A stretch of 64,000 nucleotides of DNA from Clostridia bacterium (GCA_017396395.1 JAFQMF010000018.1:25945-89944); one strand, 5' to 3'; shown: positions 49,031 through 58,600, counted from the stretch's first letter. Notes: generated by a model not told the origin, from the letters alone. A program made the numbers and translations.

Positions 49031-49996
49031 TTGAACGAAAAGCTTATAGAAATGCTCCGTCCCATAACCAAAGAGGAGCAGAAAATTTTAAAGGAAAAAT
49101 CCATACAAAAAAATATTTATACTACCACAAAGGAATTTACCATTGACAGCAAAAAAATGCTGGCTGAGGGTAAGCTTATCAGCATACGTCCTCATACAAG
49201 ATTTACCTCTTTTCCAAGACACAAGCACAATTATATTGAAATAATTTATATGTGCTGTGGACAAACTACTCATATTATTAACGGAGAACGGGAAATTCTT
49301 CTTTGCAAAGGGGATTTACTGTTTTTAAATCAGCATTGTTATCACCAAATTAAGCCTGCAGGAGAAAATGATATTGCTATAAATTTTGTGGTTATGCCTG
49401 AATTTTTTGATGTGGCATTTGATATGATGCATCAGGAAAATGCCATTTCCGATTTTATTATAAGCTCTCTTAAAACCGAAGAAAAAAATCCTTTGTATCT
49501 CCACTTTAAAGTGGCAGATATCCCTGCAGTGGAAAATCTGGTGGAAAATCTGGTATGGGGTATTTTCGCAGAGGAGGAGAACGACCTGCATATTATGCAG
49601 CTTACTATGGGTCTTTTGTTTGTACAGCTTCTTAAATATACCGATACCTTAGAGGATAGCTCAGGAGGCAGAGATAAAAGAATAATAGCTATGAAGGCAG
49701 TAAAATATGTGGAGGAAAATTACAAAGAAGCAAATCTTTCTTTTCTTGCACAAACTCTGGGACTTTCTGTTTCCTCTCTAAGTAAAATCATTAAAGTAAA
49801 TACCGGATTTACCTTTAAAGAGCTTCTGCAAAATAAAAGATTGTCCCGTTCGGCGGCACTCCTTAGCGAAAATAGTCTGTCTGTTACGGATATTATTTTT
49901 GCGGTTGGATATGATAACACCAGTTATTTTCATAGGATTTTCAAAGAAAAATACAAAATGAGTCCTTTAGAATATCGAAAACAATTTGGAAAATAA
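49031..49996 (+). CDS. AraC family transcriptional regulator (cupin sensor plus HTH)
   Basis: 321 aa, TTG start. N-terminal cupin-like HKHNYIEIIY; C-terminal AraC HTH (VTDIIFAVGYDNTSYFHRIFKEKYKMSPLEYR). Confidence 0.85.
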   Translation: MNEKLIEMLRPITKEEQKILKEKSIQKNIYTTTKEFTIDSKKMLAEGKLISIRPHTRFTSFPRHKHNYIEIIYMCCGQTTHIINGEREILLCKGDLLFLNQHCYHQIKPAGENDIAINFVVMPEFFDVAFDMMHQENAISDFIISSLKTEEKNPLYLHFKVADIPAVENLVENLVWGIFAEEENDLHIMQLTMGLLFVQLLKYTDTLEDSSGGRDKRIIAMKAVKYVEENYKEANLSFLAQTLGLSVSSLSKIIKVNTGFTFKELLQNKRLSRSAALLSENSLSVTDIIFAVGYDNTSYFHRIFKEKYKMSPLEYRKQFGK

Positions 49997-50098
49997 GGAC
50001 GTAAAAATATGAAGAAAAGTCCTTGATTTTTTTATTAAAAGGTTGTATAATGAAGGCATAATGAGAAAAATAATTTTACAGAAAGGCGGAATATAAAA

Positions 50099-51358
50099 AT
50101 GTACGATGTAAAAAAAGGCTACGAAGTAGCAAAAGAATTTTACGCTCAATACGGCATTGATGTGGACAAGATGATTGAAATTTGTGACAAAACTCCTATT
50201 TCCATTCACTGCTGGCAGGGAGATGACGTTGGCGGTTTTGAAAAGAAGGAAGGCGGTCTTACAGGCGGTATCCAGACTACCGGTAACTATCCCGGCAAAG
50301 CAAGAACTGCTGATGAGCTTAGAGCTGACCTTGAATTTGCTATGAAGTATATTCCCGGTGAAAAGAAGGTTAACATTCATGCTAACTATCAGGAGGCTGA
50401 TACTTTTGTTGACCGTAATGAAATTGAACCCAAGCATTTTGAAAAATGGGCAGACTGGGCTGTAGAACAGGGCATTGGCCTTGATTTTAACCCCACATAT
50501 TTTTCACATCCAAAAAGTGAAAATGGTACTCTTTCTGCACTTGATGAAAATGTTAGAAAATTCTGGATTGAACACGGTATTCGCTCCAGAAAAATAGGTG
50601 AATATTTCTACAAAAAAACAGGTAAAGTGTGTGTAATTAACCACTGGACTCCCGACGGCGATAAAGAATTCCCAATTGATACTATCGGACCAAGACTTCG
50701 TCTTAAAGATAGCTACGACCAGATTTTTGAAGCTACAAAAGATGTTGAAGGTGTTATGGACGGTATTGAATCCAAAGTGTTTGGTATCGGTGCAGAAAGC
50801 TTTACTGCAGGCTCTCACGAATTTTGTATGGGTTATGTAATGAGCAAAAACTGTGACCATATCATTCTTACACTTGATACAGGTCATTATCATCCCACAG
50901 AAACTGTTTCTGCAAAGCTTGCCTCTGTATATACATTTTCTGACCACGTTCTTCTTCATGTATCAAGACCTGTTCGTTGGGACTCTGACCACGTTGTAAA
51001 CTTTGATGATGAAACAAGAGCTATTATGGAAGAGCTTGTTCGTCTTGGAAAGCTTCAGGACACATATATTGCAACTGACTTCTTTGATGCTTCAATCAAC
51101 AGAGTTGTTGCTTGGGTAACCGGTCTTAGAAACACCAGAAAAGCTATTCTTGCTGCACTTTTACAGCCAGTTGATGCTATGAAAAAGTTAGAAGCTGACG
51201 GAGATGTTAGTGGCAGACTTGCTGTTTCTCAGGAATTTAAGGCTGCTCCCTTCAGTCTTGTTTGGGATTATTACTGCCAGCAGAAGGATGCAGGCGTTGG
51301 ACTTGAATGGCTTGAAGATGTAAGAACATACGAAAAGGATATTCAGTCTAAGAGATAA
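50099..51358 (+). CDS. rhaA: L-rhamnose isomerase
   Basis: 419 aa. ISIHCWQGDDVGGFE and DTGHYHPTE motifs typical of RhaA. Confidence 0.85.
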   Translation: MYDVKKGYEVAKEFYAQYGIDVDKMIEICDKTPISIHCWQGDDVGGFEKKEGGLTGGIQTTGNYPGKARTADELRADLEFAMKYIPGEKKVNIHANYQEADTFVDRNEIEPKHFEKWADWAVEQGIGLDFNPTYFSHPKSENGTLSALDENVRKFWIEHGIRSRKIGEYFYKKTGKVCVINHWTPDGDKEFPIDTIGPRLRLKDSYDQIFEATKDVEGVMDGIESKVFGIGAESFTAGSHEFCMGYVMSKNCDHIILTLDTGHYHPTETVSAKLASVYTFSDHVLLHVSRPVRWDSDHVVNFDDETRAIMEELVRLGKLQDTYIATDFFDASINRVVAWVTGLRNTRKAILAALLQPVDAMKKLEADGDVSGRLAVSQEFKAAPFSLVWDYYCQQKDAGVGLEWLEDVRTYEKDIQSKR

Positions 51359-51383
51359 TTTTTAAAATATTAGTATATTCTCC

Positions 51384-51425
51384 AAGAGAAGAGTTGATTT
51401 TAAATCAACTCTTCTCTTTTGTTTT
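51384..51425 (+). terminator. intrinsic terminator after rhaA
   Basis: AAGAGAAGAGTTGATT-ttaa-AATCAACTCTTCTCTT plus a T-run. Confidence 0.85.
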
Positions 51426-51466
51426 GTGTAATGCAAGAACTTTTTTATAAATGCTTATTTGAATAG

Positions 51467-51501
51467 AAAAAACAAGGCAAAGAAATCTTTGCCTTGTTTT
51501 T
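51467..51501 (-). terminator. terminator after the acyl-CoA synthetase gene
   Basis: AAAAAACAAGGCAAAG-aaat-CTTTGCCTTGTTTTT (palindromic, works on either strand). Confidence 0.8.
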
Positions 51502-51522
51502 GTATAACAGAATATTAAATCT

Positions 51523-53220
51523 TTAATCCTTGTTTTTTGCTTTTTCCATATCCGCTTTTCTTATTTCCGTACGGCGGATTTTACCGCTGAAGGTTTTAGG
51601 AAGAGAATCAACAAACTCAATAATTCTTGGGTATTTATAAGGAGCAGTATTCTTTTTTACATAAGTCTGAAGCTCTTTTATAAGCTCCTCACTGCCTTCA
51701 TACCCTTTTTGAAGAACAATTGTTGCTTTTACATTAAATCCTCGAACAGGGTCAGGCACTCCAGTTACAGCAACCTCTAAAACTGAGGGATGCTCCATAA
51801 GCACGCTTTCAATTTCAAAGGGTCCTATACGATAGCCTGAAGATTTAATAACATCATCATTTCTTCCTACATAATGGAAAATACCCTCTTCATCACGATA
51901 TGCAGTATCTCCAGTATGATAAAATCCGTGGTGAATTGCCTTTTTAGTATCAGCATCACTGAAATTGTATCCCGTCAGTACTCCGCAAGGGTGGGTTTGT
52001 TTGCTTTCATATCTTATACAAATTTCCCCTGTTGTACCTCTGGGACAGTGATTTCCTTTTTCATCTATTACATGAACATCAAGTCCCGGAACAGGAAGTC
52101 CCATAGCACCCGGAACAGGCTTGCTCCAAGGGTAAAGGGTTGCAAGACAAACAGGTGTTTCGCTCTGACCGAAGCCTTCGTAAATCTCCAGTCCTGTTGC
52201 CTCTTTCCATTTATTAAAAATTTCAGGATTAAGTGCTTCTCCCGCTGTACAGCAGTGCTTAATGGAAGAAAGGTCATACTTACTTACATCATTTTGTAAA
52301 ATAAATCTGTACATTGTAGGTGGTACACAGAAGGTAGTAATTTTATATTTTTCCAGTTTGGATAAAATATCTGCTCCGTCAAACTTTTCAAAGTCATAAA
52401 CAAAAAGTGCAGTTTCTCCAAACCACTGTCCGTAAAATTTTCCCCACATACATTTCATCCAGCCTGAGTCGGAAATGGTAAAATGCAACCCTCCGTCAAT
52501 AACTCTGTGCCAGAAAACGCCTGTCATAATATGACCAAGAGGATATGTAAAATCGTGAGAAATAATTTTAGGATATCCTGTTGTACCTGAAGAAAAGGCA
52601 ATCATACTGGTATCTGTTGCTTTAGTGGCATCTTCCCCTACAGGTCTTTGCCAGTCATCAGAAAACTTTGAATATTCCTCCTCAAAATCTATCCAGCCTT
52701 CACACTTTTTGCCTTTTGTTACCATTTTAAGTGTAACTGTCTCGTATTTTCCTTCTGCTTCATCAAAATACTCTGTACACTGTCCGTCACCTGTAATAAT
52801 TACACATTTTACCTTAGCGGCGTTACAGCGATACTCATAATCCTTTGCTTTAAGCATATTTGTGGCAGGAATTACAACTGCCCCTATTTTATGAAGAGCT
52901 AAGGTGATAAACCAGAAAAGATAGCTTCTTTTAAGTACAAGAAGAACCCCGTCACCCTTTTTAATTCCTTTACTTTTCAGATAATTTGCCACCCTGCTGG
53001 ACTCCAGCATAAAATCACGGAAGGTAAACCGCTTTTCCTCTCCCTGGTCAGAAACCCAGAGCATAGCAAGCTTATCGGGCTTAGTAGTGCCAAGCTCGTC
53101 AATTACATCATAGGCAAAGTTAAAGTCCTGCCCATATATTAACTTGTAATTTTCCTGAGCATCCTTAAGTGATGTAAAATCATCCCGATGCTTCCCGATA
53201 TATTTTTCGTAAATAGGCAT
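51523..53220 (-). CDS. AMP-forming acyl-CoA synthetase (medium/short-chain type)
   Basis: 565 aa. AMP-binding motif SSGTTGYPK, YHTGDTAYRDEEG, C-terminal SGKIRR. Confidence 0.8.
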   Translation of the reverse strand: MPIYEKYIGKHRDDFTSLKDAQENYKLIYGQDFNFAYDVIDELGTTKPDKLAMLWVSDQGEEKRFTFRDFMLESSRVANYLKSKGIKKGDGVLLVLKRSYLFWFITLALHKIGAVVIPATNMLKAKDYEYRCNAAKVKCVIITGDGQCTEYFDEAEGKYETVTLKMVTKGKKCEGWIDFEEEYSKFSDDWQRPVGEDATKATDTSMIAFSSGTTGYPKIISHDFTYPLGHIMTGVFWHRVIDGGLHFTISDSGWMKCMWGKFYGQWFGETALFVYDFEKFDGADILSKLEKYKITTFCVPPTMYRFILQNDVSKYDLSSIKHCCTAGEALNPEIFNKWKEATGLEIYEGFGQSETPVCLATLYPWSKPVPGAMGLPVPGLDVHVIDEKGNHCPRGTTGEICIRYESKQTHPCGVLTGYNFSDADTKKAIHHGFYHTGDTAYRDEEGIFHYVGRNDDVIKSSGYRIGPFEIESVLMEHPSVLEVAVTGVPDPVRGFNVKATIVLQKGYEGSEELIKELQTYVKKNTAPYKYPRIIEFVDSLPKTFSGKIRRTEIRKADMEKAKNKD

Positions 53221-53251
53221 TGTACTGTCGTCCTTTTGTTTTTTTAGTTTT

Positions 53252-53806
53252 TTACGGTTTTATAACTACCGCAATAAATTTGGTGGGCTTATCACCAATT
53301 GCAATTTCTGCGTGAGGAAGGCTGGAATCAAAATACACACTGTCTCCTGCCTCCAGCACATAGGAAATATCTCCTATAAAAAACTGCATTTTCCCTGAAA
53401 CAACATAATCAAACTCCTGTCCTTTATGAGTATTCATAACAGGAGGCTCATCTGTAGGGTCAACTGTAACCATAAAAGGCTCAGCCATTTTATTGCGGAA
53501 GGTAAAGGCAAGGTGCTTATAGTTATATCTTGAATTTCTTTTTACTCTATAACCTTCACCTTTTTTTACTACACTGCACATTGAAAGTGTAGGGGAATCG
53601 CCTGACATAAGGTCAAGAACATCCACCCCGAAAATATCTGCCAGCTTGCATAGAAAGGAAATAGAAAAGTCCTTTTTTCCCTCTTCATATTCTTCATATT
53701 CTTCAGTTGATATTTCCATTTGATTTGCTACTTCCTCCAGTGATAAATCGCATATATCACGAAGAGAAGCAATTCTCATTGCAATATCCTTTAACTGATC
53801 TGCCAT
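53252..53806 (-). CDS. XRE-family HTH plus cupin domain transcriptional regulator
   Basis: Preferred ATG 53806 (RBS GGAG 7 nt upstream); the ORF track starts at 53848. N-terminal HTH (LSLEEVANQMEIS), C-terminal cupin (GDSVYFDSSLPH). Confidence 0.75.
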   Translation of the reverse strand: MADQLKDIAMRIASLRDICDLSLEEVANQMEISTEEYEEYEEGKKDFSISFLCKLADIFGVDVLDLMSGDSPTLSMCSVVKKGEGYRVKRNSRYNYKHLAFTFRNKMAEPFMVTVDPTDEPPVMNTHKGQEFDYVVSGKMQFFIGDISYVLEAGDSVYFDSSLPHAEIAIGDKPTKFIAVVIKP

Positions 53807-54002
53807 AAAAATCTCCATTCCGCCGCCTTGCATCGGCATAACTCGCAATTAAATTTATCTCTTATCTGCAAGGCAAAGTAATGATAAGAGATTTTAAATT
53901 ACATCGCCGTATCGCACTTTGAGTGCATAAATTTCGGCGGTGTTGTTTAATCCGCCGAAGGCTGGGTGTAAAAGGAGCTTTTACACTGTCACCTGTAAAA
54001 AA

Positions 54003-54533
54003 TCAGTAGTTATATCCAAGTTCAAGAGCACGAAGGTTAGGCTCTAAAAGATGCTGTTTCTTTGCAGGAACAAGCTTTTTCATTGTAGCCTCTAAATTTT
54101 CGTGTGGGCAAAGATTTGCTTTTTTAATGGCATGGCCTAAAATAATCATATTTGCAAGTCCTGCAAGATTTTCCTCTGAAGCAAGCTTAGTTGCAGGAAT
54201 GTAAAATGCATTAACATCTTCTCTTTCAACTTTACGGGAAATAAGAGAGCTATCTACAATTATAATACCGCCTGAAACTGTTTCATTTTCATATTTATCA
54301 AGAGAAGGTGCGTTCATTGCAATTAAAACATCAGGATTTGAAACGATAGGTGAGCCTACTTTAGTATCACTTAGTATAATACTGCAGTTAGCTGTACCAC
54401 CACGCATTTCAGGACCATAGGAAGGAAGCCAGCTAAGCTCTTTACCTTCTAAAAGACCTTCATATGCAAGGAATTTGCCTGAGAAGAGAATACCCTGTCC
54501 TCCAAAGCCTGCTATTAAAATCTGTGTTGTCAT
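54003..54533 (-). CDS. 2-oxoacid:ferredoxin oxidoreductase gamma subunit
   Basis: 176 aa. ILIAGFGGQGILFSGKFLA signature. Confidence 0.85.
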   Translation of the reverse strand: MTTQILIAGFGGQGILFSGKFLAYEGLLEGKELSWLPSYGPEMRGGTANCSIILSDTKVGSPIVSNPDVLIAMNAPSLDKYENETVSGGIIIVDSSLISRKVEREDVNAFYIPATKLASEENLAGLANMIILGHAIKKANLCPHENLEATMKKLVPAKKQHLLEPNLRALELGYNY

Positions 54534-55285
54534 TTTGCTTCTCCCTCCTCTTTGTACTTATCTTTATAAACTCCTAAGGGATAATATGGAATCATATTTT
54601 CTTCCAGCCAGCCAAGTGCCTTTGAAGGCTCTAAGCCCCAGTTTGTGGGACAAGTTGAAACAACCTCAACAAGGGAAAAGCCTTTTCCCTCTACCTGATT
54701 TTTGAATGCCTTTAAAATTGCCTTTTTAGCATTCTTAACATTTTTTACATTGTTTACAGCAACTCTTTCAAGGTATGTTGCACCATCAAGCTGTGAAAGC
54801 ATTTCACAAACCTTTACAGGATAACCTACCTTCTCAACATCACGTCCATAAGGAGAAGTCTGTGTAATCTGACCTGGTAATGTTGTGGGAGCCATCTGTC
54901 CGCCTGTCATACCGTAAATTGCATTATTTACGAAAATAACAGTAATGTTTTCTCCTCTTGCAGCAGAGTGAACTGTTTCAGCTGTTCCTATAGCTGCAAG
55001 GTCTCCGTCACCCTGATAAGTAAATACGATATTGTTAGGATCAGAGCGTTTTACGCCTGTAGCAACTGCAGGAGCACGTCCGTGAGCTGCCTGTACCATA
55101 TCAACATCAAAATAATTATATGCCATAACTGAGCAACCAACTGATGCAACACCGATTGTTCTGCCCTGAATACCCAGCTCGTCAATAGCTTCAGCAACAA
55201 GACGGTGGATTATACCATGTGTACAACCTGGGCAATAGTGCAAAGTAGCATCTGTAAGTGCTTTTGGTTTTTCAAAAACTATCAT
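54530..55285 (-). CDS. 2-oxoacid:ferredoxin oxidoreductase beta (TPP-binding) subunit
   Basis: 251 aa. CPGCTHG, GDGD...NN TPP motif (QGDGDLAAIG..FVNNAIYGMTGGQ). Confidence 0.85.
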   Translation of the reverse strand: MIVFEKPKALTDATLHYCPGCTHGIIHRLVAEAIDELGIQGRTIGVASVGCSVMAYNYFDVDMVQAAHGRAPAVATGVKRSDPNNIVFTYQGDGDLAAIGTAETVHSAARGENITVIFVNNAIYGMTGGQMAPTTLPGQITQTSPYGRDVEKVGYPVKVCEMLSQLDGATYLERVAVNNVKNVKNAKKAILKAFKNQVEGKGFSLVEVVSTCPTNWGLEPSKALGWLEENMIPYYPLGVYKDKYKEEGEAK

Positions 55286-56355
55286 TATTTTGCACCTCCA
55301 ACCTTTGTAGCTTCCATAATTTTGTTAAGTACATCCTCAGTAGTGGGAATCATACCGCCCACTCTGTTACAAAGAAGAACAGGCTTTGCACATCTTGTTG
55401 CAAGCTCAATATCTTCTACCATCTGTCCCATTGAAAGTTCAACGCTGACAAATGCATTAACTTTTTCAGAGGCTTTCAAAAGAGCCTTTTTGGGGAAGGG
55501 CCAAAGAGTGATAGGTCTTATCATACCCACCTTAATACCCTGTGCTCTTGCCTGGTCAATTGCATTTTGTGATACTCTTGATGCTACGCCGAAAGCTACA
55601 ATACAAATTTCAGCATCCTCCATCATATATTCGTCATACATAGCTTCTGTTTCTTCAATAGCTTTGTATTTTTCGTATCTTTCAAAGTTCTTAACCTCAA
55701 GCTCTTCAGGTTTTAAATAAAGAGAGTTTACAATATTGGGCTTTCTCTTAAGCTCTGTACCTGTAAGTGCCCAGGGTTTGTCGTACTGTTTGATTTCTCC
55801 CATATCAAGAGAAACAGGTTCCATCATCTGTCCCATAGTACCATCAGACAAAATCATAGCTGTCATTCTGTACTTTTCAGCAAGGTCAAAGCCTTTAAAT
55901 ACAAGACTTACCATTTCCTGAACAGAGTTGGGAGCAAGCACAAGCATATGGAAATCTCCATGTCCTGCACCTCTTGTTGCATGGAAATAATCAGACTGTG
56001 AAGGCTGAATACCACCAAGACCAGGTCCGCCTCTTTGTACGTTTACAATTAAAGCAGGGAGGTCACAGCCTGCAAGATAAGAAAGACCTTCACTCTTTAA
56101 GGATATACCTGGACTGGAGCTGGAGGTCATAACTCTTTTACCTGTAGCTGCAACACCGATAACCATATTAATAGCTGCAATTTCACTTTCCGCCTGAAGA
56201 AATACACCGCCATCAATTTTAGGCATTCTTTTGGACATATATGCGGCAACCTCAGTCTGAGGTGTGATAGGATAACCGAAATAATGACGGCAGCCTGCCA
56301 TAATAGCCGCTTCAGCAAGGGCTTCGTTGCCCTTCATTAAAACTTTATCAGACAT
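55285..56355 (-). CDS. 2-oxoacid:ferredoxin oxidoreductase alpha subunit
   Basis: 356 aa. MKGNEALAEAAIMAGC..YPITPQTE signature. Confidence 0.85.
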   Translation of the reverse strand: MSDKVLMKGNEALAEAAIMAGCRHYFGYPITPQTEVAAYMSKRMPKIDGGVFLQAESEIAAINMVIGVAATGKRVMTSSSSPGISLKSEGLSYLAGCDLPALIVNVQRGGPGLGGIQPSQSDYFHATRGAGHGDFHMLVLAPNSVQEMVSLVFKGFDLAEKYRMTAMILSDGTMGQMMEPVSLDMGEIKQYDKPWALTGTELKRKPNIVNSLYLKPEELEVKNFERYEKYKAIEETEAMYDEYMMEDAEICIVAFGVASRVSQNAIDQARAQGIKVGMIRPITLWPFPKKALLKASEKVNAFVSVELSMGQMVEDIELATRCAKPVLLCNRVGGMIPTTEDVLNKIMEATKVGGAK

Positions 56356-56377
56356 AATCTAATCACTTTCCTTTTTA

Positions 56378-56584
56378 TTATTTTTCAACAGTTATTGCAC
56401 AGTCTGGACACATTGTAGCACAAAACGCACAGCCTATACACTTGTCAGCATCTGTCACTCCTGCAGGATGATACCCCTTTGAGTTAAGGTTTTCCTCAGA
56501 AAGAGCAATAATGCCTTTGGGACAAGCACCTACGCACAGTCCGCAACCTTTACAAACTTCAGTGCTTATGGTTACTTTTGCCAT
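56378..56584 (-). CDS. 2-oxoacid:ferredoxin oxidoreductase delta subunit (2x[4Fe-4S] ferredoxin)
   Basis: [12 protein letters not shown] and [12 protein letters not shown]. Preferred ATG 56584 (RBS AAAGGAAG); the ORF track starts at 56611. Confidence 0.8.
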   Translation of the reverse strand: MAKVTISTEVCKGCGLCVGACPKGIIALSEENLNSKGYHPAGVTDADKCIGCAFCATMCPDCAITVEK

Positions 56585-56618
56585 ATTCACACTTCCTTTC
56601 ATATATACCATTAATTTT

Positions 56619-57311
56619 TTACTTAAATGATTGCCTTACATACAGGGTCATACCAAAAATATTTTCTGCTTTGCCTTTTAAGCTTTCTGCAAGGCTTTTT
56701 TCCGCCCCTGTAAATTTTATTGGAAGTCCGCTTAACGCAGATACCTTTTCCGCATAGGAAAAAGATGAAATAATATGATTTTCCTTTGTTAGTACCCCTA
56801 TGTTGGAATTGTTTACAATAGCTGTAAACTTAAGTCCACAGGCAGTTTCGATTTCCTTCATTATTTCTATAGCTGCCTGGGGTGTTTCTGTTAAAGGACG
56901 ATATTTGTTAATTACAAATAACATTTCGTAATCATTTTCCTGTGCGATTTTTTCCGCAAACCTTCCAAGTGCAAGTGCACCTCTGTCATCTCCTCCCACG
57001 TCAATTACTCCCAGCATATCTTTATTATCCAATAGGGCATATGTTTCAGGAGGAATTGCAGGAAGATCTACATTGGAATTTGCAAACTCAGATGAGATAA
57101 GACGGATACTGTTATCCTTTAAAATTTCCATACTGTCCTTAGAACGGAAATAAGGGTTTACAATATCAATATCCCCAATAGATATTTCCTTTTCCGGATA
57201 CTTATTACGAAGGTAAAGAGAATAATTTACCGCAACATTTGTTTTACCGCTTCCGTAATGTCCCGCAAAAATTGTAATTCTTTTATTATCCATTAGATTG
57301 TAAGTGTCCAA
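56619..57311 (-). CDS. uncharacterised P-loop NTPase
   Basis: 230 aa. Walker [10 protein letters not shown] near the N-terminus, Walker-B-like VIDVGGDD. Overlaps the ilvE stop by 19 nt. Confidence 0.6.
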   Translation of the reverse strand: MDTYNLMDNKRITIFAGHYGSGKTNVAVNYSLYLRNKYPEKEISIGDIDIVNPYFRSKDSMEILKDNSIRLISSEFANSNVDLPAIPPETYALLDNKDMLGVIDVGGDDRGALALGRFAEKIAQENDYEMLFVINKYRPLTETPQAAIEIMKEIETACGLKFTAIVNNSNIGVLTKENHIISSFSYAEKVSALSGLPIKFTGAEKSLAESLKGKAENIFGMTLYVRQSFK

Positions 57312-58354
57312 CCGAAGGTATCTTCAATAGTACCATTTTGAAGACCTGTAATTGTATCATACAGCTTCTGGCTTACAGGACCAATGTCTCCGCTGTTGAT
57401 AGTCATAACATCATCTTTATAACGAAGCTTTCCTACAGGGGAAATAACTGCTGCGGTACCTGTACCAAATACTTCTTCAAGAGCACCTGACTTCTGTGCT
57501 TCAATAAGCTCTTCAACGGAAATCTTTCTTTCCTCAACAGGCATACCCCAGCTTTTGCAAAGCTGAATTACAGAGTTTCTTGTAATACCGGGAAGAATAC
57601 TTCCGCTAAGCTCAGGAGTTACAATAACTCCGTTGATTTTAAAGAAGATGTTCATAGCACCAACTTCTTCAATGTACTTTCTTTCAACACCATCAAGCCA
57701 AAGCACCTGAGAATATCCGTCATCATGTGCCTTTACCTGAGCAATAAGGCTGGCAGCATAGTTACCGCCTGTTTTTGCAAAGCCCATACCACCCTTAACG
57801 GCTCTTACATAATCATCTTCAATCCAGATACCTACTGGAGCAAGTCCGCTTGCATAGTAAGCTCCTGAAGGAGAAAGAATAATAATAAATTTATAAGTCT
57901 TGGAAGGTGCAACACCTAAAAAGTCGTCAGTTGCAATAATAAAGGGTCTTATGTATAAAGATGTACCTGGTTCATTTGGAATCCAATCTCTATCCACATC
58001 AACGATAGCTTTTACAGCTTCCACAAAATACTCCTCAGGAAGATTTGGAATACAAAGTCTTTCGTTTGTTGCATTTGTTCTTTTTGCGTTCATATCGGGG
58101 CGGAAAAGTCTTGCACTGCCGTTTTCACCTCGATAAGCCTTAAGACCCTCAAACATTTCCTGTCCGTAGTGGAAAACCATACATGCAGGAGAAAGTTCAA
58201 TGTTTGCAAAAGGTACAATTCTTGCATCGTGCCAACCTTTTCCCTCAGTATAATCCATAACAAACATATGGTCTGTAAAAATTTTGCCAAAGCCTAAGTT
58301 TTTAAAATCCGGTTTTGCTTTTGGAGTAGTTGTTTTTTCAATTCTGATGTTCAT
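57293..58354 (-). CDS. ilvE: branched-chain amino acid aminotransferase
   Basis: 353 aa, class IV aminotransferase pattern (FEGLKAYR, GG.GFAKTGGNYAAS, GITR.S). Confidence 0.85.
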   Translation of the reverse strand: MNIRIEKTTTPKAKPDFKNLGFGKIFTDHMFVMDYTEGKGWHDARIVPFANIELSPACMVFHYGQEMFEGLKAYRGENGSARLFRPDMNAKRTNATNERLCIPNLPEEYFVEAVKAIVDVDRDWIPNEPGTSLYIRPFIIATDDFLGVAPSKTYKFIIILSPSGAYYASGLAPVGIWIEDDYVRAVKGGMGFAKTGGNYAASLIAQVKAHDDGYSQVLWLDGVERKYIEEVGAMNIFFKINGVIVTPELSGSILPGITRNSVIQLCKSWGMPVEERKISVEELIEAQKSGALEEVFGTGTAAVISPVGKLRYKDDVMTINSGDIGPVSQKLYDTITGLQNGTIEDTFGWTLTI

Positions 58355-58390
58355 ATTTTATTCCTCCTAATTAAACTTTAAAATATAAAA

Positions 58391-58422
58391 GGCTTATAAC
58401 CCTGCTCTGTGGGTTATAAGCC
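58391..58422 (-). terminator. leader terminator (attenuator) directly upstream of ilvE
   Basis: Minus strand: GGCTTATAACCC-acagagca-GGGTTATAAGCC followed by TTTTATATTTT, about 35 nt before the ilvE start. Confidence 0.8.
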
Positions 58423-58500
58423 ATAAAATAAACCAAGCTTATCTGCATTTTTCTTGTTTCAGAAAAAATGGCATTAACGCACAGTGCTATTCATTTTCCC

Positions 58501-58569
58501 TTAAAGTAGGTTAACGAATACCACTATGACGGCTACAACTATAAAGTTCACAGAAAGCAAACTACGCAT
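58501..58569 (-). CDS. putative 22-aa Leu/Ile/Val-rich leader peptide (MRSLLSVNFIVVAVIVVFVNLL)
   Basis: My own translation of the minus strand. ATG 58569 lies 8 nt after AAGGAG; stop TAA at 58503-58501. 13 of 22 codons are Leu/Ile/Val. Lies between the promoter and the terminator. Confidence 0.55.
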   Translation of the reverse strand: MRSLLSVNFIVVAVIVVFVNLL

Positions 58570-58600
58570 AGGTTTTTCTCCTTATATAATCATCCTTTGT

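Noticed and set aside
58440-58560. Possible T-box upstream of ilvE (AGTGGTATTCG resembles GGTGGTACCGCG)
   Set aside because: The match is poor and sits ~100 nt from the terminator instead of abutting it. It falls inside the leader ORF, and no AGAGA/GGTGNRA stem I elements are present.
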